The position numbers and the translations under genes are program-made. Below, one piece after another: positions 25,961 through 38,016 of a stretch of DNA of 64,000 nucleotides. Each line of letters begins with the position of its first letter. Position 1 is the stretch's first letter. Source of the stretch: Prorocentrum cordatum (lineage: Eukaryota); the NCBI GenBank assembly GCA_963575745.1, contig CAUYUJ010000001.1:1488001-1552000 (forward strand), written 5' to 3'. The notes under the pieces are model-generated. The model was given only the letters and a program-made list of their open reading frames with translations. It was not told the DNA's origin and ran no database searches.

Positions 25961-27589
25961 CAGCCCAGTATTCGCCTTCCGTGGCGAAGCCTTCAAGATG
26001 ATTGCACGTACGTCCATTCTTTTGGAATGAAGCGGTCCTGATTATAGCCGCCATCTTTGCAGAAGGGTTGCGTACGTTCCTGAGTATGTCCTGCTTGGCC
26101 CATGTACCACGTTCGGCCATAATCGCGGGTCCTAACTCTCCTCGGCCATATTGGGCCAATCTATGGTGCTTCTCTGTGCAGAACCCCGAAACGGTGAGGA
26201 TGAGAACATCATATACAATCCACAGGATATCAATGACTTTGGCATCATCAGGCCGTGTTGTGGATCCTCTTGGGCCCTTTGCGTCTTCCAGGCCTGTGGG
26301 GATGTCGTACAGTCATCTCAGATGTTCTGGAGGCTTGTCTGGCGCGTTGGCAGCCTTCCCCTGTCCCGCCCCAGGCACGTCCCGTGGCCCTTCCCTTCTG
26401 TAGTCCTTTCATCTTCATGGTCAGGTCCACTTTTGCTCCGTGTCCGAAGCATTTGGATTGTCGCCGGTAGGCAATAATTAGAGGATTTGGAGGCCCCGTC
26501 GCACGACGCGAGTCGAAGACGAAATCAAAATAAGTAGGAGAGTGGCGACGACGTCGACGACGACCACGAGCGGCAGCATGCAGGCTTAGTAGATCTATGT
26601 CCCTTTCCGTGTTCGTGGGTCGTTTTTTTCTGTTTGATGGGTGATTCGTTCCGTTCGGTTTCCGGAATGGCAGAAAAGAGATTCCTTCTTCCAGGTCTGA
26701 TCGAGGTCGAGGGCCTAATTCCTGTTTGATCCGGTCCAGAAAGCGACCGACCTTGAGGTGAGTTCCGGCCTCCTCTTGGAATGCTCTACGGGGGGATTGG
26801 GTGGAGTTTAGTCTTCCACGTGCAGGTTCCCGATCCTCACATGCAGGCTCTATCGAACTGTGCCACTGTAGTGATCGCTCCTGCCATGGCTTCGACATCG
26901 TCGCCGTCCTCGCCCAGGTCGGCAGCAGGTTTGGTCGTCATTGTCGTCGTCCTTCACACCTTTCGTTGTCATCCTTATCGTCATCGTCTTCGTTTTCCTA
27001 CTCTTCGCTTGCCTCCCCGCCCTGTCGACATTAATGATGGGCCAGCGTCGTGGTCGTGGCGAGGAGTTCACGTACTCCTGGTAGAGCGCCGCGGCCGAGC
27101 TTGCCCGAGCGGCCGGCCTGGCAGCTGGCCCAGCAGCCGATCATCAGTCGAGAACCTCCTGTCAAAATCAGCAATGCCTCACTGTCGAACACGATGTACC
27201 AAGACAGCATCATGCATTACAGTCGGGGCCCTGAAGAAGGAACCCTTTTCGTTGGGGAGGGGCTCCGCGTTCCTTAAGTGTTTCGTAGCTTGCCTCAGGT
27301 TTTCCTTAGGTTTTCGATCGGAAATCGAAGTTTAACTCATGGAAAAAAGGGGCCTCGTTCCTTATTTTGGGTTCCTTAGGTCAAGCCCCCGACTGTACAC
27401 TTTCGAATCTAGTTGAAGCGACTCTATGCAGCCGCTGCAGCTCTGCTGGAAGCAAGCGCAGATGTGATGTATCTCGAAGTGGATTCGATGTTGCGTCGAG
27501 AGGGTCTGGCACATGTTGCTTGGGCACCATTGCCCCTCCTTCCGTAAGGGTGCGGTTTAAGACTATATGTGGTTTTAGTTTTTGTCCCG

Positions 27590-28207
27590 TCATCATCTCC
27601 ACCATCGTCGTCGTCATCATCATCATCATCATCATCATCATCGAAACAAACACCACCAGCACCATCATCATTATTAGCATCATCATCATCATCATCATCA
27701 TCACCATCATCGTCATCATCATCATCACCATCATCATCCTCACCATCCACATCTCCATTATCATCATGATCATCATCACCACCATCATCATCATCATCAG
27801 CATCAGCATCATCATCATCTTCATCTACATGCTAATCATCAGCATCATCTTCATCATATCGTCATCGTCACTATCATCAGCATTGTCGTCGTCATCATCG
27901 TCACCACCATCATCATCATCACCATCGCCGTCATCATCATCAGCATCAGTACACCAATCAACATCATCATCAGCAGTATAGTCATCATCATCAGCATCGT
28001 CATCATCATCACCATCGTCATCATTATCGTCGTCGTCATCATCATCAACAGCACAACCATAGCCATCATCATCACCGTCATCGTCATCACCATCACAACC
28101 ATCACCATTAGCAACACCAGCATCATTATCATCAGTAGCATCATCAACATCATGATTATCACCATCATCAGCATCAGCATCAGCATCAACATGAGCATCA
28201 CGCTCAC

Positions 28208-28274
<67 letters not shown>

Positions 28275-28375
28275 TTCATCATCATCACCACCGTGGTCTT
28301 CGTCGTCGTCTTCAACGCCATCGTCGTCGTCGCCAACGTCAACGTCAACGTCAACGTCGTCGTCGTCGTCGACGT
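27590..28375. repeat. (CAT)n/(CGT)n microsatellite
   Basis: Direct reading. Confidence 0.9.
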
Positions 28376-30759
28376 CCAAATGGTTACGGGTGCGTCACCA
28401 CGGGAACCGTCCAATGGTAAGGCTTCCATCCAGGGGGACAATGTTCATTAATCGGTACGGGCCTCAAATTCCCCTAGGTGGGAATGGACGTCCGAGCGAT
28501 GGCGAGGTTTGCAGATGGAGTGGCCTGTTGGCAGAAGCTCGGAGGAACACGGGCGCGCCGCTCACGGCGAGGGCACGGTCTCGGCAAGGAGGCCGCCCTC
28601 TTCACCAGCGTGGCCACACAGAGGACCGAACGAGTTGACATCTCTTCCTCGGCGGAAGGCTGGCGGAAGTCAAACTGGGCGGCTCCGCTGGCAGAAGCCG
28701 GTGGAAGGCCGGTGGCGGGCGGCCGAAGTCACAGCGAGACGTCGACGTGGTTGGGCTCAGGGTTTCAGGAATCGGCCATGTAGTTAGAAGGAGCTTCAAG
28801 GAGCACTGGCGCGGCGCCGAAGCAGGAGCACGGTTTCGGCAAGGAGCCGCCTTCCTCACCAGCGTCACTATTCGATGTTTCTGGCCTCTTGGCAGTGGGC
28901 CGCCAGGGAGTTTCGGGCGAGAACCAGATTTCGAAGACGGCTGCTTTCCATTCGTGTAGCCGTTGGGGGTCGCAAGGCGTATGAACACACCTGCGTATGG
29001 CCAGAACTTGGGAGGACGTCTCAGGCGAGAGCCAGATCTTGAAAGTCCCCATCAACACTCTTATTTCACCGTGCGCGTTCCACTACTCGCACAGTGCCCA
29101 CTCACAAACGTCCGAATTTGCATGTTTTCTTCGATGTAATTTACCGTGGATGCCCAGCGGCGGATCCAGGCCATTTGCGAGTAGTTACTTTTTGAATGGT
29201 GGAACGCGCTCGTCTATTATTAGACAATTCAAGTTTCGGGGCGGTTAGTTGTATGATGCTGTCGGGCGACATGCCCGGGCCGACCTACGGACACGCCTGG
29301 TGATGCGACGACGAGGAGTAGTTGCGTATCAGGAAGCGGGATGGGTTGTGAGGGGCAGGCCGGGGCAGGAGGAGGAAGAGGAGGTAGAGGAGGAGGAGGA
29401 GGAGGAGGAGGAGGAGGAGGAGGAAGAGGAGGAGGAGGAGGAGGAGGGGGAGTTGGAGGAGCAGGAGGAGGAGGAGGAGGCGGAGGACGAGGAGGTGGTG
29501 GAAACACGTTGTGGTCGTTTGGTGTCGTGCCGCCGTGGCGGCGACTCCAGCGCGGGCGTTCGATGCCCAGAGTCGGCCAACACTGACCCCATCCGAGCAG
29601 TCGTACAGCCGCGGTCGCTGAGGGTTGAAAGATCCACGCGGCGTCCGCAGCCAACGCCAGTGGCTTCGCGATACGAGCCCGCCGCGCAATTCCTTCTGGC
29701 TGCTCCGAGGCGCCAGGCGGCTGAGGGCGGCATCGCACTCCGCGCGCGGGGCCGCGCCTGCCCGGGGCCAGGGCGTCGGACGCTCACAGAGCGGACTTGG
29801 CATGCGGTCGGCGTCGGAGCTCCCCTGGCTCGGCGTCCGTCGCTACCCGAGCCGGCAAAACGCAGGCTCTCTCCCACACTCCCGTCCTCCTTGCGGCAGG
29901 TTCGCGCAGCGTCGATGCGGCGGCGACCCTGGCGCGAGCGTGCAAGAATGAAGGCCGCTGGCAGCCCAGGGTCGGCCGATGTCGAGTGGCTTGCGCTATC
30001 GGGGCGATCTGCGTTATCCAGGTGGCGTCAGAACCCAGCGCGTAAGTCGTCACGACACGAGCCTGCCGTAGCGTCACGCCTTCAATCGCTCTCTCCCAGA
30101 GGGGCTCGAAAAGCCTGTCGGGATGGAGGGCAGACTGGGTCCGGGGGCAGATCTTGTTGGCCACGAGGAGAGGAGGCGTGCGTCTTTGTCTGAGGCGGGC
30201 GCGCACGCAATGGACGGATGGGCCCGGAGGGGGCGGGACGGCAGAGGGACAAGGTACATGGTATAACTTGGCGTCCCCCTTTTCCAGACGCACGCTTTGG
30301 CTTGGAGAGGGGAGGGAGAAGGCAAGGAATTGGAGAGGGGCGGGGGGGAAGCAGGGGGAATGGGGATCGGAGGAAGGGAGTAGATGACACGGGTAGGGTC
30401 TAGATAGGGCGGTCCAGCTTACATGATTGCGAGGTCTGCTTCTAATCTGAAGGGCCCTTGGACTTTCAAAGATGGGCGGCACTGGCTGACACCCAGATCG
30501 AGCCTTTGCGGTTTGCCCTCGCCCCCTCCCACTTGCTATCTAAGCGTGGCTGAAGTGAAATGATACCGCGAGCCTCATGCTTGTGCTCTGACGGCGAAGT
30601 CCGTGCGTGTGTGTGCGAGAAAGAGAGAGAGAGAGAGAGCAGGCTTTCTCGGTAGCGTCCTGCGCTCAGCGCAGCTGCTGGTTCGGAAGCTCTGGGACTC
30701 GGGTTCCCCGATCTTTGGACACCCGCGTGGATTCGTTACCCGACCGCGTGCGATCCAAA

Positions 30760-30837
30760 GTGTGTGTATGTGTGTGTGTGTGTGCGTGTGCGTGTGCGCG
30801 TGCGCGTGCGCGTGCGCGTGCGTGCGTGCGTGCGTGC

Positions 30838-30884
<47 letters not shown>

Positions 30885-30895
30885 GAGTGTGTGTG

Positions 30896-30928
<33 letters not shown>

Positions 30929-30985
30929 TTGTGTGTGTGTGTGCGCGCGTGCGTGTGAGTGTGCGTGTGCGTGTGCGTTTGTGTG
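30760..30985. repeat. (GT)n/(GCGT)n microsatellite
   Basis: Direct reading. Confidence 0.9.
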
Positions 30986-31839
30986 CGGACTTCTTGTCTC
31001 TGCCACGACGTGGATGCCCTCGAGGTCCAGGACCCTCAGCGCACGGGCTGCTCCGACCACTGCCGCCAGTGGCGGTCCCTGACTCCGTGTGCCACCCGAG
31101 GTGCTCCGCGGTTCGTCCCTTCCTGTGGATCGACTCAGGCCGGGGATGCTTGCGTCGCCTGGATGCCCAGACATCCGATTCGGTCTTCCAATCCGTGGCC
31201 CTGGAGCTGCGACCCCTTTCCATGGGAGCTGTGCGGCGTCCAGGGTCACTGTCTGATGGCCCCGAGGTCCCACAGCAGGCCCCAGAGACCGAAACCGATG
31301 GAGCACGCGCAGCTTGGAAACATGAAAACAGTCGGACCGACGTAGAAGACCGAGGTCGGTTCCTGGAGGGTACCCTCATGTTCTTGGTGTTGGTTGGATA
31401 GTCTTGTGCATCCCGGGGAGGGTACCAGGGTACCCTTGGATGTTCTGATTGTTCTGGCCCGCGGAGGGTCTCATGTTCTTGAAGGATGTTCTCCTGGCCA
31501 AGGTCCGGCCGCATTGTCGGACATCTGGGTGGGCCTCACTTCTCAAGCCCGAGCCAACCCATGGCTCGTCGGCCTCCTGCTGGGACCACCTCTCGGCGGC
31601 CAGCGAGGGGTGGAAGTGAGAAGGCGAGAACCTTCTCAAAAGGCGGCGGGACTTCCCAGAAGCCCTCGTGCCTTCTGAGAAGTTTTGTCTATCTTCGGGG
31701 AAGGCGTAGAGAACTCTTCAGACGGCCTGGGGACTTCCGAACCTTCTCAGAAGGCCTTCTCCCTCCCACTCCCCCCCAACGATAGCAGCGATCACAAAGA
31801 CAACGAAAACAACGATAGAATCGATCACAGCGTTGCTAT

Positions 31840-32682
31840 CGTTAAACTTTTACTTCTGAAGGATAATTATTGTTGATCCCCCCCACCGGTGCATACTGGG
31901 TTTTCTCAATCAAGGTCTGCCCCTCGACGCTCGCAAATTGTTTCTTATCAGGGGAAGTTTTGAGGCTCAAACTGGGCCCCTGGCAAACCGGGTTACAACA
32001 ACAACGGCTCCCGCCTGAGACTTCCTCCAAATTTACTCAGGACCCCCGCTCCTGAGACTTCCTCACAATTTACTCAGGATCGGTGCTCCCGCCTGTGACT
32101 CCCTCGCAGTTTAGTCAGGACCCGCGCTCCCATCTGAGACTTCCTCACAATTTGCTCAGGGACGGCGCTCCCGCTTGAGACTTCCTCGCAATTGAATCAA
32201 GATATCCTCGCAATGTAATCAAGACCCCCGTTCCCGCCAGAGAACCCTTCACATTTGTTTCAGGAATTGCGCTCTCGCCTGTAACTTCCATGCTAATTAT
32301 GCAGAGCTCGCGCTTTCGACGCTCAGGAAACACGCTGCGCCAAGGACGCCGATACAATTTACTTAGTAATCGCGCTCTCGCCATACTAAGGCATCCCGCT
32401 TGAATGTCCCACCCGCCCGACCCGACCGCTTGAATTGCGCCCAGGCTCCCGCCCCAGACTTCTTTCAGGAACGGTGCTTTCGCCTAGGACTTCCTCGAAC
32501 GTTCACGCTCTTACCTTCCTGCTCCTCCTCCCTCTCCCTCCTCCCTCCTCCCTCCTCTCCTCCCTTCTCTCTCCCTCCTCTCTTCCCTCATCCTTATGCC
32601 TCTCTGCCCTGTGCCCTCTCCCTCCTCTCCCTCCTCCCTTCTCCCTCCCCTCTCCTGCCTCCTCCCTCTTTCTTTCTTTCTT

Positions 32683-32720
<38 letters not shown>

Positions 32721-32770
32721 CTCTCTCTCTCTCTCTCTTTGTCTCACCTCTCTTACCTGTTCTTGTTGTT

Positions 32771-32829
<59 letters not shown>

Positions 32830-34400
32830 GCCTCTAATCAACCGCCCCCAGGTTCGCTCCTCTCTCCTGGCGTTTTCCCTCTTCCTTCGTCCCTCCCCCT
32901 CCCTTCCTCCCACTCTCCCTCGTTCTCCCCCTCCTCTTTCTGCAGAGCCCACACCAATTCCAATGGTGGGCACATGTACGCCCACGAAGGATTGTCCGCC
33001 CGTTCAGGTTTGCCCGCCTGTCTAAGCCCGCCGCCCCCCGCAAAGAGAAAGAATTCCCCCAAAGGGGGTGTGGTCGAAAACGAACAGGGCGGGTATCGAG
33101 GGTGTGGCGAGCTCGTTTTGAATGACACGCGGGCAAGTAAGAGCGAACAGTCTTAGAATGATTGTTGAACTTTCATTTCTGACCAACGATTATTGTTGAT
33201 CCCCCCACCGGTGCGTATTGTTTTTCTCAATCAAAGTTTGCCCTTCGACGCTCGCACCCTGTTGTTGATCAGGGAACGTCTTGAGGCTCAAACTGGCCCC
33301 CTGGCCCCGGGTTACAACAACAACGGCTCCCCCCTGAAATCTCCTCGCAATTTAGCCAGGACCCCCGCGCCCGAGACGTCCTCGCATTTTATTCAGGAAT
33401 CGCGCTCTCGCTAGGGACTTCCATACAGTTTATGCAGGAATCGCTTTTCCGGCGCTCTGGAGTCGACCTCTCGCTGGAGATTTGCTTGCAAGCTATTGAA
33501 GAATAACGCCCTTGCGTGGGAATTTCCTTCAATTTACGGAAGCGCCGCGCTCCCGACACCCAGGCACCCAGGAGTCTCGCTCACGCTTAGGACACCCTCG
33601 CAGATGACCTAGGAATCGGGATCGCTGCCCTTCGTGGTGCCGTTGCAGCCCTTCGTGGCCCCCATCGCTTTGTTTCGTGGCCCCGTTGCAGCCCTTCGTG
33701 GCCCCCTCGCTGCCCTTGGTGGCCCCGTTGCAGCCCCTCGTGGCCTCCTCGCTGCCCTTCGTGGCTCCGTTGCAGCCCTTCGTGGCCCCCTCTTTCGTGG
33801 CCCCGTTGCAGCCCTTCGTGGCCCCCTCGCTGCCCTTCGTGGCCCCGTTGCAGCCCTTCGTGGCCCCCTCGCTGCCCTTCGTGGCTCCCTCGCTGCCCTT
33901 CGTGGCCCCATTGCATCCCTTCGTGGCCCCCTCGCTGCCCTTCGTGGCCCCATATATGTATGCCCTTCGTGGCCCCCGCTCGCTCGCGCCCGTGGTGGCC
34001 CAATATATGCATGCCTCGCCCTTCATGGCCCCCTCGCTGCCTTTCGTGGCCCCGTTGCTGCCCTCAGTGGTCCCGTCCTTGCCCTCCGCGGCCCACTATA
34101 CGTAATTATGCCCTTCGTGCCCCCGCTCGTTCGCGCCCGTTGTGGCCCCATGTGCATGCCCTTCGTGGCCCCGCTGTCGCCGTTTGTGGCCCCCTCATTG
34201 TCCTACGTGGCCCAGTTGCTACCCTCAGTGGCCCCATCGTTGCCTTCTGTGGCCCCGCATTATCTGCCCTTTGTGGCCCCCGCTCGTTCGCGCTTTTCGT
34301 GGCCCCGTACGCATTCCCTTCGTGTCCCCGCTGTCGCCCTTCGTGGCCTACTTCGTGTCCTTGTGGCCTTGCTGTCGTTCTCCCTCGCTCTCGCTTCCGC

Positions 34401-34453
<53 letters not shown>

Positions 34454-34587
34454 GTCGTCGCCGTCGTCGTCGCCGTCGTCGTCGTCGTCGTCGTGGCCGC
34501 GGCCGCCCCGCAGATCAGCGCTGCCGCTGGCCAGGCCGACGGTCCGCGGCCGCTCCGCCGCTTGCCGGGGCCCGGCCTGCAGGGAAG
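31840..34587. repeat. Host ~1-1.5 kb tandem repeat family, left part; includes a (GCCCTTCGTGGCCCC...) ~21-bp minisatellite at 33626-33950
   Basis: TATTGTTG.TCCCCCC.CCGGTGC landmark at ~31868 and 33191, and again at 58876 and 60087. Confidence 0.85.
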
Positions 34588-34690
34588 ATGCCAAGTGTTT
34601 ATCACGATATTGTTAGTTGGAGTCTTCGGGGGATGGCCGCCTTGGGGTCGCGGGGTCTCGTCTCTCTCCGTGACCTTGTTGGCTCAAGCG
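34588..34690 (+). repeat. Split direct repeat A1 (103 bp)
   Basis: Colinear with 58435-58537 (TTCGGGGGATGGCCGCCTTGGGGTCGCGGGG...). Confidence 0.93.
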
Positions 34691-34705
34691 AGCGCACGGT
34701 TCGGG

Positions 34706-35060
34706 GTGAACCGTGTGACCGACTGGTTTGGAGCGGGCGCTGTCTCATACCGCAGCCGCTGCCCGGCAGCTCCGTCGTGTCCAGAGTGCCCGCCATATTC
34801 CTGCCAGTTCATGTGCCCCACGGTGCCGAGCTGCCCTGCGAGCCCCCGTTCGCCAGGACCGACCACGATAATCTGCCCTGAGCCTACGCCCTGCCCCGTG
34901 ACCGAGTCGCCTGTTGAGCCAGCTGCCCTGGCGTTCAAGTGGTTTTGGGACTACGTGGTCGGCGCCGTTGTCTTTGTCACGACCTGCGGCGGCTTCATCG
35001 CGATCGGGTCCTTCGGCGTGACGTGCTTCGCGACCAAATGCCGCCATGGCATCATGGGTC
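34706..35060 (+). CDS. Possible small Cys/Pro-rich membrane protein upstream of gag
   Basis: CPAAPSCPECPPYSCQFMCPTVPSCP... followed by hydrophobic WFWDYVVGAVVFVTTCGGFIAIGSFGV. Ends uncertain; no clear ATG. Confidence 0.4.
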
Positions 35061-36044
35061 GTGCGGCTCTGGGCGTGGATCCTGCACAGCGGGGTCCACG
35101 TGTGGCAGCAGCGACGGGTCTTGGGCCACTCGCAGCCGGCCAGAGCGACACCACTCAATCATTACCTGGTCGTGTGCGCGACCCCAGACTCCGACGTGTA
35201 CTTCGAACCGCTGGACGGGACTTCGGCGGTGGCGCAGCGGGTGACCGTGGAGTCGACCAGCTTCGCCCCCCGGGGCACACCAGTCATCATGGCGGCGGCG
35301 GACATCGTGCGGGGGAGCGTCGGCATCCTTACCACTCCCCTCGGCGTCTCGGTCTTGGTACGGGACCTTCAGGCGCACCCGGTCGAGGAGTATAAGACGA
35401 TGGAGAGCCGCCACGACCGCAGGCTCAACAGGGCGACGTCCGTCGCCAGCAAGGGTCGAGCTCGTGGACGATTCGCCCCCTCGACCGTGGAGCTCCTGCA
35501 GTCGCCTTTTCCCGATTGGCATGTGCCAGGGTCCAGGACGGTGATGTGGTGCTGTGAGTGGCTTTTCAGGCGTCAAGGGGGCCCACTCGAGCACCACTGG
35601 TTTCTGATAGTGACGTTCGGTCTGCGGGCCGCCGACTGGGGCGTCGACGTCCACCACACAACGACGAGATGCCTGGACGAGGGCTTCGGCTATGACATGA
35701 TCGACATCAGCAACAGTGGTTTCTTCGAGCTGCTCCTCCGCAGGGCGCAGCTGGTGGAGCACGTGCACCACGTGGACTTCTTGGCCACGCGCGGACCGTG
35801 TGCCAAGGGCAAGGGCATGGCCGGCGGCTTGGCGCCCCTCCAGCCTGCGTCCTTCGACGAGTCGGCCATCTTCTCGGGCGTGGCGAAGAGCTCAGACATG
35901 GCCATGGTCGGCCCCGAACTGATCGCCCATGTGGCCTCGGAGTTCGACTGCAACGCCGCCGTCCTCGCGCAGGTCCGCGCGGCCCGCGAGGAGAGGGCGG
36001 AGCTGGCCAAGCCTGTCAAGAAGGGCAATCAGGATCCGGGGTGA
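35046..36044 (+). CDS. gag-like ORF of the YR retrotransposon
   Basis: 332-aa ORF directly before pol, with non-repetitive protein-like sequence (SRTVMW..GGPLEHHW..YDMIDISN..ELLLRRAQLVE). Function inferred from position. Confidence 0.65.
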   Translation: MASWVVRLWAWILHSGVHVWQQRRVLGHSQPARATPLNHYLVVCATPDSDVYFEPLDGTSAVAQRVTVESTSFAPRGTPVIMAAADIVRGSVGILTTPLGVSVLVRDLQAHPVEEYKTMESRHDRRLNRATSVASKGRARGRFAPSTVELLQSPFPDWHVPGSRTVMWCCEWLFRRQGGPLEHHWFLIVTFGLRAADWGVDVHHTTTRCLDEGFGYDMIDISNSGFFELLLRRAQLVEHVHHVDFLATRGPCAKGKGMAGGLAPLQPASFDESAIFSGVAKSSDMAMVGPELIAHVASEFDCNAAVLAQVRAAREERAELAKPVKKGNQDPG

Positions 36045-37113
36045 TGCACGCCCCTCCGGGGCTGGAGAGACCGCCCACCCCGGCACGGGCGCGTTCAGGG
36101 AGGGCCTCCTGGCCTGGCGTCCGGGAGCCAGCCCGCTCACAGCCACCCTTTTTGGGCCGACGAGCGGCAGCGAAACCTGTTGCCTCTTCCTCGTCCCCTT
36201 CCAGTTTTGGACCGAGGCTTTTGCGGAGCTGCCGCGCATCTTGGCAGGTCTAGTCGTCGCCGGCTTCAGCGCACCAATCACGTCGATTTGGTGTGCGATG
36301 AGATTGCCGGCGCGCTGGATGACGCGCATCTCGGCTCACGTTGCCCACGGTCGAACAGTGGCCCTTCGGCGAGCCAGCAGGCCAGTCTCAACCTGATACG
36401 CCAGTCCGTCTTGGCCACGGGCCCGCCGCCGGACGACATGAGTGGCCCAGGGGCCCTTCGAGCGCTCCGGGCGGAGAGTGCTTGCGGCGAGGGCGCCGTG
36501 ATCGCCCCCCTCGGCATGGGCGCCGCCCACCTGATCGACCTGCCGGCTGCTGGGTCGACTTCGCGATCACTCGAGCACCTGGCGGGAGAACGGGGGAGCG
36601 AGATTGCTGAGCGCTTAATTCATTTGCGCTTGCCTGGATCCGCTGGCAGGGAGAATGCCAGACTTCGTGGGCCCGCTTGACCTTACTTACTCTGACCTCT
36701 GACCTCGCCCTCAAACGGTCGCCGGCCCTGTGCGCGGAGTTGCTGCGACGGATGGCCGACTCCGACCTCTTCGAGTGGCGCTTGACGGGCGAGGTTTCGC
36801 GCGGGCTGTTCTTTGTATATAAGGAGTCAGGTGACCTTCGTTTGATAGTTGATTGGCGACTTCCATCATGCCACTTTGGCGACAGCGACCCTGTGTCGCA
36901 GGCCTCGGGGGCCGCATTTTCCACCATCGAGGTTGACAGCGCTACGCCAGTCCAGATCGGCTCGGTCGATATCGCAAACGCCTTCTATAACGCGCAGTTG
37001 CCAGAAGCCTCCGAGAGATGTTCGCCCTTCCTCGAGTCCGAGCCGACCCGGCGAACGCATCGTCGGCCCAAGGTCGGGCCATCAGACGGAGCCAATGCCT
37101 CTATCCAGTCCTG
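36044..37113 (+). pseudogene. pol 5' part (RT N-half), with stops and frameshifts, cut by the DNA transposon
   Basis: GLFFVYKESGDLRLIVD and VDIANAFY; after a shift near 37008 it reads LREMFALP...CLYPVL. Confidence 0.88.
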
Positions 37114-37137
37114 CTTGGATGGCCGCGGCGGTTGCTA
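37114..37137 (+). repeat. Left terminal inverted repeat
   Basis: CTTGGATGGCCGCGGCGGTTGCTA. Confidence 0.95.
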
Positions 37138-37362
37138 AGTACTTAACATACTTACTACGCTAAGTTAAGTACTTAGTAAGTAGTTAGCGGACTTAGCTAA
37201 GTACTTACTCAGTCATTACTAAGTGGCCCACTTAGTAATGACTTAGTAAGTACTTAGCTATCCACTTATAACCAGTTAGCTAAGTGCTTAGCGCACTTAG
37301 CTAACCACTTATAACCGCTTATAGCTAGTTTGCTAAGTAGGTTATAAGTGACTTAGCGGTTA
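37134..37362. repeat. Left subterminal repeat region (ACTTAG/CTAAGT motifs)
   Basis: Dense direct and inverted CTAAGT/ACTTAG; AT-rich relative to the flanks. Confidence 0.85.
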
Positions 37363-38016
37363 CATTGCACTTGTTATCCAAGGGCCATGCGCAGGGAAAA
37401 AAGGTAAATCCACGTCTTGAAAGAGCTGAGTTTGTTCGTTGAGCGCTGCAGCGCTGCAAATTTTGCATTTTGATTTGGAGTCGGTGTCCTGGATTTTTGC
37501 TCTAAATATGAGAAGCGCTGCAGCGCTGCCTTCGGATTTATATGAACATGGAGCGCTGCGTGCGCTGAATATGAAGCGCTGCAGCGCTGAAGGTTGAGTT
37601 AAATGCATGTTTTCTAGTTGCGCGTTGTTCGGATCTTCATTTTCGCCCAGCTCCGTTTGCATGGAATTTGAATGCACATGTCAATTATGTTTTGTTGTAT
37701 TCGTTGTTTTTTCAATGGTCGCATTGAGCGCTGCAGCGCTCCAAATTTGATAGCACGTATGTTACTTTGCGCTGCAGCGCAAAAAAATGGTTGTCGTCGT
37801 GATGTCGCATCGCGCTGCAGCGCGTGCGCGCTCGTGCTTCATGGGCCTCGGGCTGCAGCCCAGATCAACATTTTTGCTCGCAAGTTGCATGTCCATGCAA
37901 GTCGATGTTCACGCGCACGCCGCGCGACAGCTTGTCTCAAGCTGCGGCCGCGCGCCGCATCCGCCGTCGCGCCCGCGGGCTCGCACGTTGCATTCGGCGC
38001 TATATATAGCGCTGGC

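Noticed and set aside
25990..26290. Minus-strand frame ...IDILWIVYDVLILTVSG...GPAIM, vaguely like an APE N-terminus
   Set aside because: No catalytic motifs or adjoining RT are visible; needs a TBLASTN/HMM search.
31300..31560. Minus-strand QCGRTL...QEHE fragments resembling decayed C2H2 fingers
   Set aside because: Requires frameshifts and has too few conserved residues.
37114..37362. Telomere-like repeats at the element ends
   Set aside because: Not (TTTAGGG)n; they are mixed-orientation subterminal repeats inside TIRs.
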